IMG/VR virus record: IMGVR_UViG_3300023184_000106
Coordinates: 3,722-67,721 of that record
Direction: 5' to 3' (one strand)
DNA: 64,000 nucleotides
Source of the DNA: a virus
Shown here: one piece after another, positions 1 to 8,256 of the stretch
Position numbering within the stretch: position 1 is the stretch's first letter
Layout: every line of letters starts with the position of its first letter
The notes under the pieces: generated by a model
Told to the model about the DNA's origin: nothing
The model's database searches: none
The model's input: only the letters and a program-made list of their open reading frames with translations
Program-made: the position numbers and the translations under genes

Positions 1-195
1 TCCTTTTACATCCCAATACGGTACGCCATCTTCATTATAATCTGATCCAAGTCGGGCTAGCATCTCTTGGACCTCTGGATCTACATGCCAACCATCAACT
101 ATAGAATTAATACTCTTTAGCTGAAGATATTTTCTGTGAATGGCAATACCGCTTATTATATAAGCAATAACTGCAACAACAATAATAGTTACCAT
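1..195 (-). CDS. Hypothetical membrane-anchored protein (3' end runs off the window)
   Basis: Hand-translated: MVTIIVVAVIAYIISGIAIHRKYLQLKSINSIVDGWHVDPEVQEMLARLGSDYNEDGVPYWDVKG...; N-terminal hydrophobic stretch; a consensus promoter lies 6 nt upstream of the ATG. Confidence 0.7.
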   Translation of the reverse strand, partial: MVTIIVVAVIAYIISGIAIHRKYLQLKSINSIVDGWHVDPEVQEMLARLGSDYNEDGVPYWDVKG

Positions 196-201
196 ATAGT
201 A

Positions 202-230
202 ATTATAGTAAATAAATGCAGTTTTGTCAA
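202..230 (-). promoter_or_regulatory. Perfect sigma70/SigA-type promoter, leaderless
   Basis: Minus strand TTGACA-N17-TATAAT, then 6 nt, then ATG (195). Confidence 0.85.
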
Positions 231-234
231 TAGG

Positions 235-1059
235 CTAGTGGTATCTAACACCACTTATGCCGTTCTCTTTTTCTTTAGTAACCTCTTCTGGCTCTTCCCA
301 TTTAAATCCATTGATTGGGGTAAGCCATTTATGCAGGTTATTAGTTTTTTTGGCCTCTATAATTTGTTCATTATACTCATCTGATTTATATGAATAAAAG
401 GTTCCTGGGTTTGCCGTAGTAGGCAAAACAAAATTAGAGAATGCAAATCTTGTACCGCTTAAAACTGGATTCACACCGTGAGCGTAATCATCATGAGATC
501 CATGAATTACAAGATCTCCACGACCTGGCTTGATTCTAAGCTCGTTACCCTCATTCATTGGAATATCTCCTCCGACCCAGGTTCCATCATTTTTTACATG
601 TGGATAAAATATTTCTCCACCTTCAAATTCACCAAAATAAATTATTAATCCATAATGCAATCGGCAGCAAGTGTTCCATCTATCTTCTGCAATTAATCTA
701 GATGATGCTATATCACAAACACCACAGATTGGCCCACAATTATCATGAGGCTCTCCAGGGGCATCTGAGTGTATAAACATACCCTCATCTCCCACTCTTC
801 CAACTAAGAAAAATGCTTGAGGGTGCATCACTAATTCTGGATATATTAAATCACTAGCCATTTCCCAAACTTCTAATAGCTCATGCATAACCTTAGTACT
901 TCTATTGTTATACCAGTCGACGTTGTGATCTATGGTATCTGGAGTTTTATAGTCAGCACATAAGGTTTCTATTTTTTCTAATAAATTGCCATTAATAAAG
1001 TTTCTGTAAACCCAAACTTTAGGGGCAAGTTGTTCTATATTGGGATTGTCTGTAAACAT
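235..1059 (-). CDS. 2OG-Fe(II) oxygenase (prolyl-4-hydroxylase-like)
   Basis: HSD iron ligands, FEGGEI strand, distal H in HGVNPV and R in GTRFAF. Confidence 0.85.
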   Translation of the reverse strand: MFTDNPNIEQLAPKVWVYRNFINGNLLEKIETLCADYKTPDTIDHNVDWYNNRSTKVMHELLEVWEMASDLIYPELVMHPQAFFLVGRVGDEGMFIHSDAPGEPHDNCGPICGVCDIASSRLIAEDRWNTCCRLHYGLIIYFGEFEGGEIFYPHVKNDGTWVGGDIPMNEGNELRIKPGRGDLVIHGSHDDYAHGVNPVLSGTRFAFSNFVLPTTANPGTFYSYKSDEYNEQIIEAKKTNNLHKWLTPINGFKWEEPEEVTKEKENGISGVRYH

Positions 1060-1065
1060 ATTTAT

Positions 1066-1074
1066 ATTATACCA
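1066..1074 (-). promoter_or_regulatory. Extended -10 promoter, leaderless
   Basis: TGGTATAAT-N6-ATG(1059). Confidence 0.75.
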
Positions 1075-1085
1075 TTTCTATTATT

Positions 1086-2372
1086 TTACTGTAAGTCTCT
1101 TTTTTTTATTTTTATCATTACTTTGCCCTCTGGTCTATATGTAGCGATTGGTAATCCTTTTGGGAAATCCCCCACTAATTCTATTTTCATTTTACTTGCC
1201 ATCTCAATTAGAGTCATTTGAGATTGAGCCATAGCAAATTGGTACCCTATACATTTTCTTGGACCTAAATGGAATGGGAAATATGCGCCTTCTGGCAAGG
1301 ATTCTTCTAGGCCTCCAGCCCAGCGCATAGGGTTAAATGTATTTGGATTATTAAAATACTTATCGCTTCTATGTGTTACAAAAGAACTTAATATTACATT
1401 AGTACCAGATTTTATTAATGTGTCGCCAACCTGGGTGTCTACAATTGCCATTCTTGGACTGAACCAGACTGGCGGGTATAGTCTCAGAGCTTCGTTAATT
1501 GCAAATTTAGATATATTCCAATCTCTAATGCTATGAACTATGCTATCACTGCCAACATTAACTTTCTTAGACTCTTCCATTAAGAGTTCCCAGTAGTCTT
1601 CATACTGAGTCATATGAGCTATACACCAAGATAGTGTGTTAGCAGTTGTCTCGTGACCTGCCAAGAGCATCGTGATAACCTCATCGCTTATGTCTTGAAG
1701 AGATATGCTATCGTCATCTATCGATGCCATTATTAGTAGATCAATAAAATCCTTTTCTTCTCTTTCATTCTCAATTCTATTTTTAATAACCTTTAACATT
1801 AATGAATTAAGCTTTTCTGATATCTCTTGGAAGGTACCTGGGCTTGAGTGTTCACCGTGACTAGTTTTTGCTAAAATTTGAAAAAATATTGTCTTGAGAT
1901 CATTTGATTCCTCAAGAATATCATCATTAAATATTGTATTTGTTAATACTTTATATGATAAGGAAAACATCTCTTCGCCAATATCTATAAGTTCTTTATC
2001 TAGCCATTTATCTGTTTCTTCTTTTATGATCAATAAAGATTTTTCTAAATAATAATTAATTTTATTTATATGAAATGCAGGATTTAAAATCCTTCTATGG
2101 TGCAGGTGAATTGGCTCTTCGCTAGTAAGTAAACCTTCTCCTAAAGCTTTTTTAATTATATGCCACCCTCCAGACTTTATAAAGTTTTTATATTTTTTAA
2201 TATAAATCTCTTCAACAAGCTCTGGTGTAAAGGCAAATAGATATTGTTTTGGTAAGATTGATCCAGACGACGGGGTGGCTACATTTAAAAAGAATTTATC
2301 TCCACGTTCTTTTTGTAATTGAAGCAGATACTCTGGTCCCCTAATCTTTAATTCATTTTTAATATCATTCAT
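1086..2372 (-). CDS. Cytochrome P450
   Basis: I-helix AGHETT, K-helix EALR, FNPMRW (PERF-like), heme-thiolate motif FPFHLGPRKCIG; 428 aa. Confidence 0.97.
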   Translation of the reverse strand: MNDIKNELKIRGPEYLLQLQKERGDKFFLNVATPSSGSILPKQYLFAFTPELVEEIYIKKYKNFIKSGGWHIIKKALGEGLLTSEEPIHLHHRRILNPAFHINKINYYLEKSLLIIKEETDKWLDKELIDIGEEMFSLSYKVLTNTIFNDDILEESNDLKTIFFQILAKTSHGEHSSPGTFQEISEKLNSLMLKVIKNRIENEREEKDFIDLLIMASIDDDSISLQDISDEVITMLLAGHETTANTLSWCIAHMTQYEDYWELLMEESKKVNVGSDSIVHSIRDWNISKFAINEALRLYPPVWFSPRMAIVDTQVGDTLIKSGTNVILSSFVTHRSDKYFNNPNTFNPMRWAGGLEESLPEGAYFPFHLGPRKCIGYQFAMAQSQMTLIEMASKMKIELVGDFPKGLPIATYRPEGKVMIKIKKRDLQ

Positions 2373-2607
2373 AATTAATGCCCTCCTTAAATTTAATTTT
2401 TATCCACGACCCTATCTTACCAGAAACAACTTTATTTCTTAATATAGATGAATATTTTTGGTGTCCTAGTGAAGTACCTAGGTACTCTTCTCCTGTTTCC
2501 ATGTCTATTATTTTCCATTTGGATGGAGCCTTGGTGTGTATTATAAGATCAACTGGGTAATCTAGCGATTCAACATTTGACCCATCTTGCAATAGCCTAG
2601 TGTTCAT
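2365..2607 (-). CDS. Hypothetical protein
   Basis: ORF overlapping both neighbours; start moved to MNTRLL. Confidence 0.6.
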   Translation of the reverse strand: MNTRLLQDGSNVESLDYPVDLIIHTKAPSKWKIIDMETGEEYLGTSLGHQKYSSILRNKVVSGKIGSWIKIKFKEGINYE

Positions 2608-3301
2608 ATACACCATTATCAACAAATATAGATTGCCCATTAACTGCTTTTGAATTTTTAATTAAATAACAAATTAAATCAGAAACTTCTTCAGGACCAC
2701 CTATGTATGCCTTTGTAATATCATTGGCAAAAATAATCTTTATAACTTCACTCTTAATATATTCTTCTGTCATGCCAGTTTTTGTTAGAGATGGATGTAT
2801 TACATTTATTCTTGCGTTTAAATTAGATTTAATAAATTTTCTCGCCCAGTGATTAAGGGCTAATTTACAAGATGCGTATACTTCAGTATCAGTAAGATGA
2901 TTATCCTTTGAATATAAAATAGCTTCTTCTTCTTTATCATCAAGTAACAATGATATAAGTTTTGGGTTTACCTTAGTATGAGAAAAAATAATAGATCCTA
3001 TTAAAATTGCATTAACATTGTCATACTGCTTATATATACTTTCTATAAGTCTAACTGAGCCAAAATAATTAAGTGGTATCACACTGCTTCCGCCTATCAC
3101 GCCAGCACAGGTGACCACTCCATCTATAGACTGATTCATGGATGCTATTTTAGAGACTAAATCTTCTATATTACTTTTAATAGATAAATCGCAAACCATA
3201 TCAGACTCTAATATATCTATACCCGTTACTAAATCAGTCTGTTTTAGTGAGCTATAGGTAGATTTACCTATGCCAGAAGCTGATCCAGTTACTAGATACA
3301 T
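2597..3301 (-). CDS. Short-chain dehydrogenase/reductase (SDR)
   Basis: TGSASGIG Rossmann motif, CAG, YASCK catalytic YxxxK, NGQSIFVDNG C-terminus. Confidence 0.9.
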   Translation of the reverse strand: MYLVTGSASGIGKSTYSSLKQTDLVTGIDILESDMVCDLSIKSNIEDLVSKIASMNQSIDGVVTCAGVIGGSSVIPLNYFGSVRLIESIYKQYDNVNAILIGSIIFSHTKVNPKLISLLLDDKEEEAILYSKDNHLTDTEVYASCKLALNHWARKFIKSNLNARINVIHPSLTKTGMTEEYIKSEVIKIIFANDITKAYIGGPEEVSDLICYLIKNSKAVNGQSIFVDNGVYEH

Positions 3302-3330
3302 TTTGTATTCCTAATCTTTAGTTAAATTAA

Positions 3331-3426
3331 TTAAAAGATAGAAGCTTCTGCAACATCAACGCTATCATCAATTGTTCTAGACATATCAATAACTAAATCA
3401 CTTGAGCTTGTTCTAATCTGACACAT
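3331..3426 (-). CDS. Small hypothetical peptide (31 aa)
   Basis: Hand-translated MCQIRTSSSDLVIDMSRTIDDSVDVAEASIF; fills the gap in a co-oriented run. Confidence 0.5.
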   Translation of the reverse strand: MCQIRTSSSDLVIDMSRTIDDSVDVAEASIF

Positions 3427-3435
3427 TGTAAATAC

Positions 3436-3672
3436 TTAAACTTTTTTTCTTCCAGTTTTTTTAGGTTGCTGGGGAGTTATTTCTCTTCTTATCCCGTGCT
3501 TATTTATATCTACTTTAACTGGAGGTCTTTTTGTTTGCACACCAGATTTAAATTTACCCTGATATGGCTTTTTTGCTGTAGCCTCTGCAGATGTTACAGC
3601 GCCAGCAGATGCACCAGCGTTAGCTGGTGGCACCGTGCTAGTACCGTTTTCTTTTTGAAAACTATTAGTCAT
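3436..3672 (-). CDS. Small basic low-complexity protein
   Basis: 78-aa ORF overlapping the upstream ORF. Confidence 0.6.
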   Translation of the reverse strand: MTNSFQKENGTSTVPPANAGASAGAVTSAEATAKKPYQGKFKSGVQTKRPPVKVDINKHGIRREITPQQPKKTGRKKV

Positions 3673-3850
3673 TATCGTTTATGACCGCTCCTGTAGATGT
3701 TGATGTACTCATTGAATCAGAGTCATCAAGACCACTTTCATCCATGCTATCAATATCTCCACCAAAGATGTTAGTGATGACCATCATAGGGGTGTCTGGA
3801 GATGTAATATCTCCATTCCCAGCCTTACCGCAACCACACATAATACACAT
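3665..3850 (-). CDS. Small protein with N-terminal MCIMCGCG and acidic/Ser-Thr tail
   Basis: 61-aa ORF; TAATG coupling with the upstream ORF. Confidence 0.65.
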   Translation of the reverse strand: MCIMCGCGKAGNGDITSPDTPMMVITNIFGGDIDSMDESGLDDSDSMSTSTSTGAVINDND

Positions 3851-3996
3851 TAGTTGCAGTTCTCACAATTCTTAACTGAACAAGGGGCTTCGCCTCTTGT
3901 GTCTCTTGTGCAATCTGTACTAGATGTAGTTGGAGCTACTGCTCTTACTGGAGCTGTAGCAGCCTCTACTACTGGCTCTTGATCCAATATAGACAT
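3850..3996 (-). CDS. Small Cys-containing peptide (48 aa)
   Basis: Hand-translated MSILDQEPVVEAATAPVRAVAPTTSSTDCTRDTRGEAPCSVKNCENCN; tightly coupled on both sides. Confidence 0.65.
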   Translation of the reverse strand: MSILDQEPVVEAATAPVRAVAPTTSSTDCTRDTRGEAPCSVKNCENCN

Positions 3997-3998
3997 TA

Positions 3999-4154
3999 TT
4001 ACTTACCGCTTGTTCCGACGCCTGAGCTATCTTGTGTTGACTTATCTGTTGAAGGGAAAGCTGATCCTGTGTTATCTGAATAGTGACCATTTATATCGTT
4101 AGTTGCTGATGGCTTTACTGTTGCAAAACCGTCTAAATTTAATCCGTCTGACAT
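3999..4154 (-). CDS. Small Ser/Thr/Gly/Asp-rich peptide (51 aa)
   Basis: Hand-translated MSDGLNLDGFATVKPSATNDINGHYSDNTGSAFPSTDKSTQDSSGVGTSGK; SD AGGAG upstream. Confidence 0.7.
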   Translation of the reverse strand: MSDGLNLDGFATVKPSATNDINGHYSDNTGSAFPSTDKSTQDSSGVGTSGK

Positions 4155-4180
4155 TTTATTACTCCTATAGGTTATTTATT

Positions 4181-4220
4181 TAAGCGGGACTAGTATTCCG
4201 CTTATGACTCTATTATAGCA
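4181..4220 (-). promoter_or_regulatory. Extended -10 promoter followed by a 5' stem-loop
   Basis: TGCTATAAT (4212-4220), then TAAGCGG-N10-CCGCTTA hairpin near the predicted +1. Confidence 0.6.
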
Positions 4221-4229
4221 TTTAGTTGA

Positions 4230-4352
4230 TTAGGACTTGTATTGCTTATGCCAGCAATCATCACAGATGTCTATTATTGGTCCGCCTAGCTTTCCAGAGA
4301 GCCTTGTTGACTTATTTTTACAGTCCTTTATTTCGCAAAAACCACTAAACAC
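4230..4352 (-). CDS. Small Cys4 zinc-binding protein (40 aa)
   Basis: Hand-translated MFSGFCEIKDCKNKSTRLSGKLGGPIIDICDDCWHKQYKS (GTG start, coupled to upstream TAG). Confidence 0.6.
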   Translation of the reverse strand: MFSGFCEIKDCKNKSTRLSGKLGGPIIDICDDCWHKQYKS

Positions 4353-4492
4353 TATTTAGGGCCTCTGGCCTTTTGACCCCTGTACCCAGTCTTTTTAATA
4401 TTCATTGAACCTGGCTTTTTTTCCCCAGGGGCGTAGGTTGCGGCCTGTCTTTGAGCTAATGCCCTTTTCATTTTATCTAGATGTTTACCCAT
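4352..4492 (-). CDS. Small basic protein (46 aa)
   Basis: Hand-translated MGKHLDKMKRALAQRQAATYAPGEKKPGSMNIKKTGYRGQKARGPK. Confidence 0.6.
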   Translation of the reverse strand: MGKHLDKMKRALAQRQAATYAPGEKKPGSMNIKKTGYRGQKARGPK

Positions 4493-5279
4493 TAATTGAT
4501 TTCCTTATCTCTTTTATTATATTGTGTATTTCTGAGCTTTGCCCTCGAACGGGAAGCTGATGTACTAGTATATCTGTAACTCCTTTTAACTTTAAGTTCA
4601 GAATCTCTTTATGTATGTGATCCTTATCACCATAGATGGTTGTCTTACCGTGGGTTCCAATAATTTTATTTAAATATTTATTGCTTTCATCAAGCGTGTC
4701 TTTATTTAATATCGCAACAGATACAATCTGCTTGTCATTTTTTAATAATGTTTTATCGTGTTGATATAAAAAATCATCTAGCTTGATTATATTGGTAATT
4801 CCATACTGTATGCAAGCTTTTTGAAAATCTATAGTATCACCAGATAGCATAAGTGGGGGTAGGTTTTTAATTATTGATAGCCTATTATATTTTTTAAGCC
4901 ATTCTAATGTATAAAGATCTCTTTGTTCTTGTGTTTTAATTTGATCTTCAATTAAAACAACATCCCTTAAACTTGTTTCTTGAAATTTAATATTTCCTGG
5001 AATTATATTAAAAGTGACACGTCCTGGCGCAATTCTTTCAAATGTTTCATACATTCCCGCCAAATATTCTGGAGATACAGAATATGTTCTTACCGCAATT
5101 ATATATTTAAAAGTATGATCTTTATTTATTGTATTTGATACAGTAATAACAGCATTATCTAAAAATGAATCATATACTATAAGTAATGATTCATATCCCA
5201 CCTCATGTACGGCGTTGGCTATACTTATTAATGCATCTTTAGAGTTATCTTCAAATAAAGACATATAGTGAAATTTCAT
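4485..5279 (-). CDS. Luciferase-like (LLM-class) flavin-dependent monooxygenase, SsuD-like
   Basis: FKYIIAVRTYSVSPEYLAGMYETFERIAPGRVTFNIIPG resembles the LLM core (ALRP..SP..AAR..ATLD.LS.GR..LN.V.G); leaderless TGGTATTAT-N6-ATG. Confidence 0.75.
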   Translation of the reverse strand: MKFHYMSLFEDNSKDALISIANAVHEVGYESLLIVYDSFLDNAVITVSNTINKDHTFKYIIAVRTYSVSPEYLAGMYETFERIAPGRVTFNIIPGNIKFQETSLRDVVLIEDQIKTQEQRDLYTLEWLKKYNRLSIIKNLPPLMLSGDTIDFQKACIQYGITNIIKLDDFLYQHDKTLLKNDKQIVSVAILNKDTLDESNKYLNKIIGTHGKTTIYGDKDHIHKEILNLKLKGVTDILVHQLPVRGQSSEIHNIIKEIRKSING

Positions 5280-5304
5280 ATAATAATAATACCATTTAAA
5301 TAAT

Positions 5305-5334
5305 AAAGGGGCAAGGCCTAGGCCTTGCCCCTTT
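5305..5334 (-). terminator. Intrinsic terminator (perfect 30-bp palindrome)
   Basis: AAAGGGGCAAGGCCT|AGGCCTTGCCCCTTT just after the stop at 5347, followed by a U-rich tail on the minus strand. Confidence 0.8.
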
Positions 5335-5346
5335 GCTTTAATATAC

Positions 5347-6519
5347 TTACTTCTTTAGTGAAACTTTGGACTTTGGATTAGCCTTGTTCCATTTAGCAGC
5401 CAGTTTATTATAATCAGCTTTTAGTTTTGCTTCTGTTGCATCTGAAAGAGTCTTAGCAGTTAGTGCTGCAGAAGACGCATTAGCCTTATCAAGTGCAGCA
5501 TCTGCTGCAAACTTTGAATGTGATGCAATGGCATCTGAAAGAGCCTTATCTCCACTAGCCTTAGCATCTGCTAAAGTTTTTTCTGCTACTGCTTTAGCTG
5601 CATCTGATGCAACCTTGGCATCTGCTAAAGCTTTTGCATTTGCTAACTTGTTTGCTTCATTTGAAGCTTTTTCAGTGGCAAGCGCTGCTTGTGATGCCGC
5701 AAGGTCTGACTTTAGTCCTGCAATAATTCCCGTAAGATCAGAAACTGTAAACTTGGCAATGACAGACTTTACTGGTGCAGCAAGGCCAGTTACGGCTGTT
5801 ACTGTTGAAAGACCTGTAGCAACTACAGTAACTTCTCCAGCAACTGATGTTGCTAGGGCTGATGTTACAGTTCCAAGAACTGCTCCAGTCGAAGTGTTTG
5901 TTGCTGTTGCTGTAGTTAGTGACTTTGTAACAGAACCATCAGCAAATGTTGAGCCGATCAATGTTACTGTTGCTGTATCTGAAACTGAGTTTCCGAATAC
6001 ATCTGTTGTTGTTAGAGCAATTGTAGGAACTGTGCCCACTGCTGTTGCAGATGGAACTGTTAGTCCTAGGTTGTATGCTGCTCCAGCAGTACCAGAGATG
6101 TAAACAATTGTTGAGTACGAGCCATTAGTAATGGTTACTGTACCGACTGCTGTTGTAGTTGTATAAGCATAAACTGTTGCTGCTGATCCAGCAGAAGTAA
6201 CTGTAAGTGTTGAAACACCTGATGCGACTGACTTTGGTGCATCTGTTGTGTTAAGTGCTGTTACCAACTTTACAGTTGATGAAGCAGTAAAAGTAACGCT
6301 TGTGCCTGTATCTGCTGTTGCTGCCAAGGCAATAGTGTTTCCAGAAGTAATGACATTACTTGATGGAACTGCTACTGTTGCTGGTGCTGTCGTAGTTGTT
6401 GCGTTATTTACTGTTGCAACCGTAACGGCAAGCGGTGCTGCCGAAGAAGGTGCTACAGAAAATCCAACGATTGCTAAAGCTGCAGCAGTAGCAATTGATA
6501 TTTTTTTGAACGATTTCAT
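5347..6519 (-). CDS. Secreted/cell-surface Ala/Thr-rich protein with C-terminal coiled coil
   Basis: Signal peptide MKSFKKISIATAAALAIVGFSVAPSSA, beta-rich T/A/V region, Lys/Ala helical tail; SD AAGGAGA supports the start at 6519. Confidence 0.75.
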   Translation of the reverse strand: MKSFKKISIATAAALAIVGFSVAPSSAAPLAVTVATVNNATTTTAPATVAVPSSNVITSGNTIALAATADTGTSVTFTASSTVKLVTALNTTDAPKSVASGVSTLTVTSAGSAATVYAYTTTTAVGTVTITNGSYSTIVYISGTAGAAYNLGLTVPSATAVGTVPTIALTTTDVFGNSVSDTATVTLIGSTFADGSVTKSLTTATATNTSTGAVLGTVTSALATSVAGEVTVVATGLSTVTAVTGLAAPVKSVIAKFTVSDLTGIIAGLKSDLAASQAALATEKASNEANKLANAKALADAKVASDAAKAVAEKTLADAKASGDKALSDAIASHSKFAADAALDKANASSAALTAKTLSDATEAKLKADYNKLAAKWNKANPKSKVSLKK

Positions 6520-6614
6520 TCTATTTATTTCTCCTTTTATTATCTGTCTCTTCACGAGCCAGAAATTTGTGACATGTTCACACTATGTAAGACGTTTTTA
6601 GACCTCAAATGTCG

Positions 6615-6815
6615 CTACATTAGCGCATTTATTTTTACATGAAATGAACATGGGTCTCCGCCTTCATCCCATTCTTGACTTTCTTCTTCTGTTAAAGGAG
6701 GTCCTTCGTGTGTGTCGCAAAACACATCTGATACCCAACCCCTGTCGTAACCATTTTTAAGCCATATTTCAAACTCTACGTGGTCGATGTACTCTGGATC
6801 GGAATCTATATCCAC
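6615..6815 (-). CDS. Hypothetical acidic protein
   Basis: 66-aa ORF overlapping the thioredoxin 3' end. Confidence 0.6.
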   Translation of the reverse strand: MDIDSDPEYIDHVEFEIWLKNGYDRGWVSDVFCDTHEGPPLTEEESQEWDEGGDPCSFHVKINALM

Positions 6816-7108
6816 TCTGACAACTCCTCCAACATAATATGCTTGGGTTTAGCCCCAATAATAGTTTTGACTGGCTTTCCAGACTTAAATAATACCATAC
6901 ACGGAATAGAGGTTACAGAGTATTCTGCAGATTTAATAGGATTCTCATCAACATTTAACTTTCCCACCCACAATCCGAGCTCTTTAGATATCTCATCTAA
7001 TATTGGAGACACCTTTAGGCATGGCCCACACCACGGAGCCCAAAAATCAATAAGAACTAGATTATGAGAATCTAGTACTCTACCGAAGCTTTCATCTGTA
7101 ACTATCAA
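6806..7108 (-). CDS. trxA: Thioredoxin
   Basis: DFWAPWCGPC active site, SIP cis-Pro loop, GAKPK. Confidence 0.95.
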   Translation of the reverse strand: MIVTDESFGRVLDSHNLVLIDFWAPWCGPCLKVSPILDEISKELGLWVGKLNVDENPIKSAEYSVTSIPCMVLFKSGKPVKTIIGAKPKHIMLEELSEWI

Positions 7109-7109
7109 A

Positions 7110-7319
7110 CTACTCTCCTTTTAATTCGTCCGCAGCGCTATTAAACTTCTCCATGAATGTTTGAATAACCCACATTGCCGTCTCGCCAGCATTTGTAGAA
7201 AGTGCTTTTGATGCGGCCTCATTTCTATCTTCAAGAGCAATTGAGTTGTACCATTTCTGGTACAACTCCTCGCCAATCTCTTTTATAATTTCTTCTAATA
7301 CAGTTAGCTTATTATCCAT
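7110..7319 (-). CDS. Hypothetical protein
   Basis: 69-aa ORF in operon context. Confidence 0.6.
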   Translation of the reverse strand: MDNKLTVLEEIIKEIGEELYQKWYNSIALEDRNEAASKALSTNAGETAMWVIQTFMEKFNSAADELKGE

Positions 7320-8250
7320 TTATTGCGCCCTGTTCACTCATTACGATTCCTATTTGATTTAAAGAATTTGTGATTGGCTTAGCAGTTCTTTTAATTAGAT
7401 CAAGCATTTGTGACATTGTGAGTGTTGGTTTTGATGACGACACACTTAGCCATTTTGCTGCTGCAATTTGTACTGAAACAGATGTTCCAAATGCGTTACC
7501 CTCTGCACCTCCAGGGAATAGCACTCTGGCTGATATTGGTGCCCAAAAATCTGTCAATACGGGATCGTAATTACTAGTAATAGATGTTGCATAAGTTTCA
7601 TCAAAATCTTCTGCCCCGCCTATTGCAATGGATGATGGAATACATGCTGGCCAGTCAATTCTTGCTTTGTCACGACCATTACCTGTGGGAAAAAATACTG
7701 GAATGTTAGACTTTGAAAACCAATCCACCCAATAATCTGTATTTGTAACTGGGCAGTAGTTTGTTTTAGCCAGTAGGTTGTGGTGGCCTTGCGACATGCT
7801 TACTGCTTTAATATTATATTTATCCTTGTTTTCATACAGCCATTTCAAAGCATTTGGAACAGTGTTAATTCCTGTAGTTTGTCTCATTCCATTTGCAGTG
7901 TTCCCAATAATGCGGACAAACAGAATATTCATATTTGGGTTATTTGCAATTGCAATAGATGTCATCTGAGTTCCGTGGTTTAAGTCTCTACTAACCATTA
8001 GATTAAGTGGGATGACTGCCGCCCCTGGACCTTCCATAAACTTTTGGCCATTGGCGCATGTTGCCCAATCTAAAATACAAACCTCACCAATTAATCTTGA
8101 TTTAATTGAGGGGATTGAAGTGTCTAGAGCTGTGTCTAGAATTGCCAATGTCGGCACATTTACTGTTGTATTTTTTAATACAGCAGCATTAGCTGTTGGT
8201 ATTAAGCATAGAGCTATTGAGGCTACTAGAGCCGTGATTATTTTTTTCAT
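7312..8250 (-). CDS. Secreted subtilisin-like (S8) serine protease
   Basis: Signal peptide; AILDT (Asp), NHGTQM (His), TGN oxyanion, GTSVS (Ser). Confidence 0.88.
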   Translation of the reverse strand: MKKIITALVASIALCLIPTANAAVLKNTTVNVPTLAILDTALDTSIPSIKSRLIGEVCILDWATCANGQKFMEGPGAAVIPLNLMVSRDLNHGTQMTSIAIANNPNMNILFVRIIGNTANGMRQTTGINTVPNALKWLYENKDKYNIKAVSMSQGHHNLLAKTNYCPVTNTDYWVDWFSKSNIPVFFPTGNGRDKARIDWPACIPSSIAIGGAEDFDETYATSITSNYDPVLTDFWAPISARVLFPGGAEGNAFGTSVSVQIAAAKWLSVSSSKPTLTMSQMLDLIKRTAKPITNSLNQIGIVMSEQGAING

Positions 8251-8256
8251 ATACTA

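Noticed and set aside
2597-2620. YxH sequence (..GVYEH*) upstream of the P450 as a biarylitide-type MxYxH precursor
   Set aside because: It is the C-terminus of the SDR with no in-frame start two codons before the Tyr; probably coincidence
5305-5334. Perfect 30-bp palindrome as a mobile-element end or REP
   Set aside because: Single copy, directly after a stop codon, with a U-rich tail; a terminator explains it
5528-6601. Long plus-strand ORFs (191 and 117 aa)
   Set aside because: Antisense shadows of the Ala/Thr-rich surface protein; no independent signals
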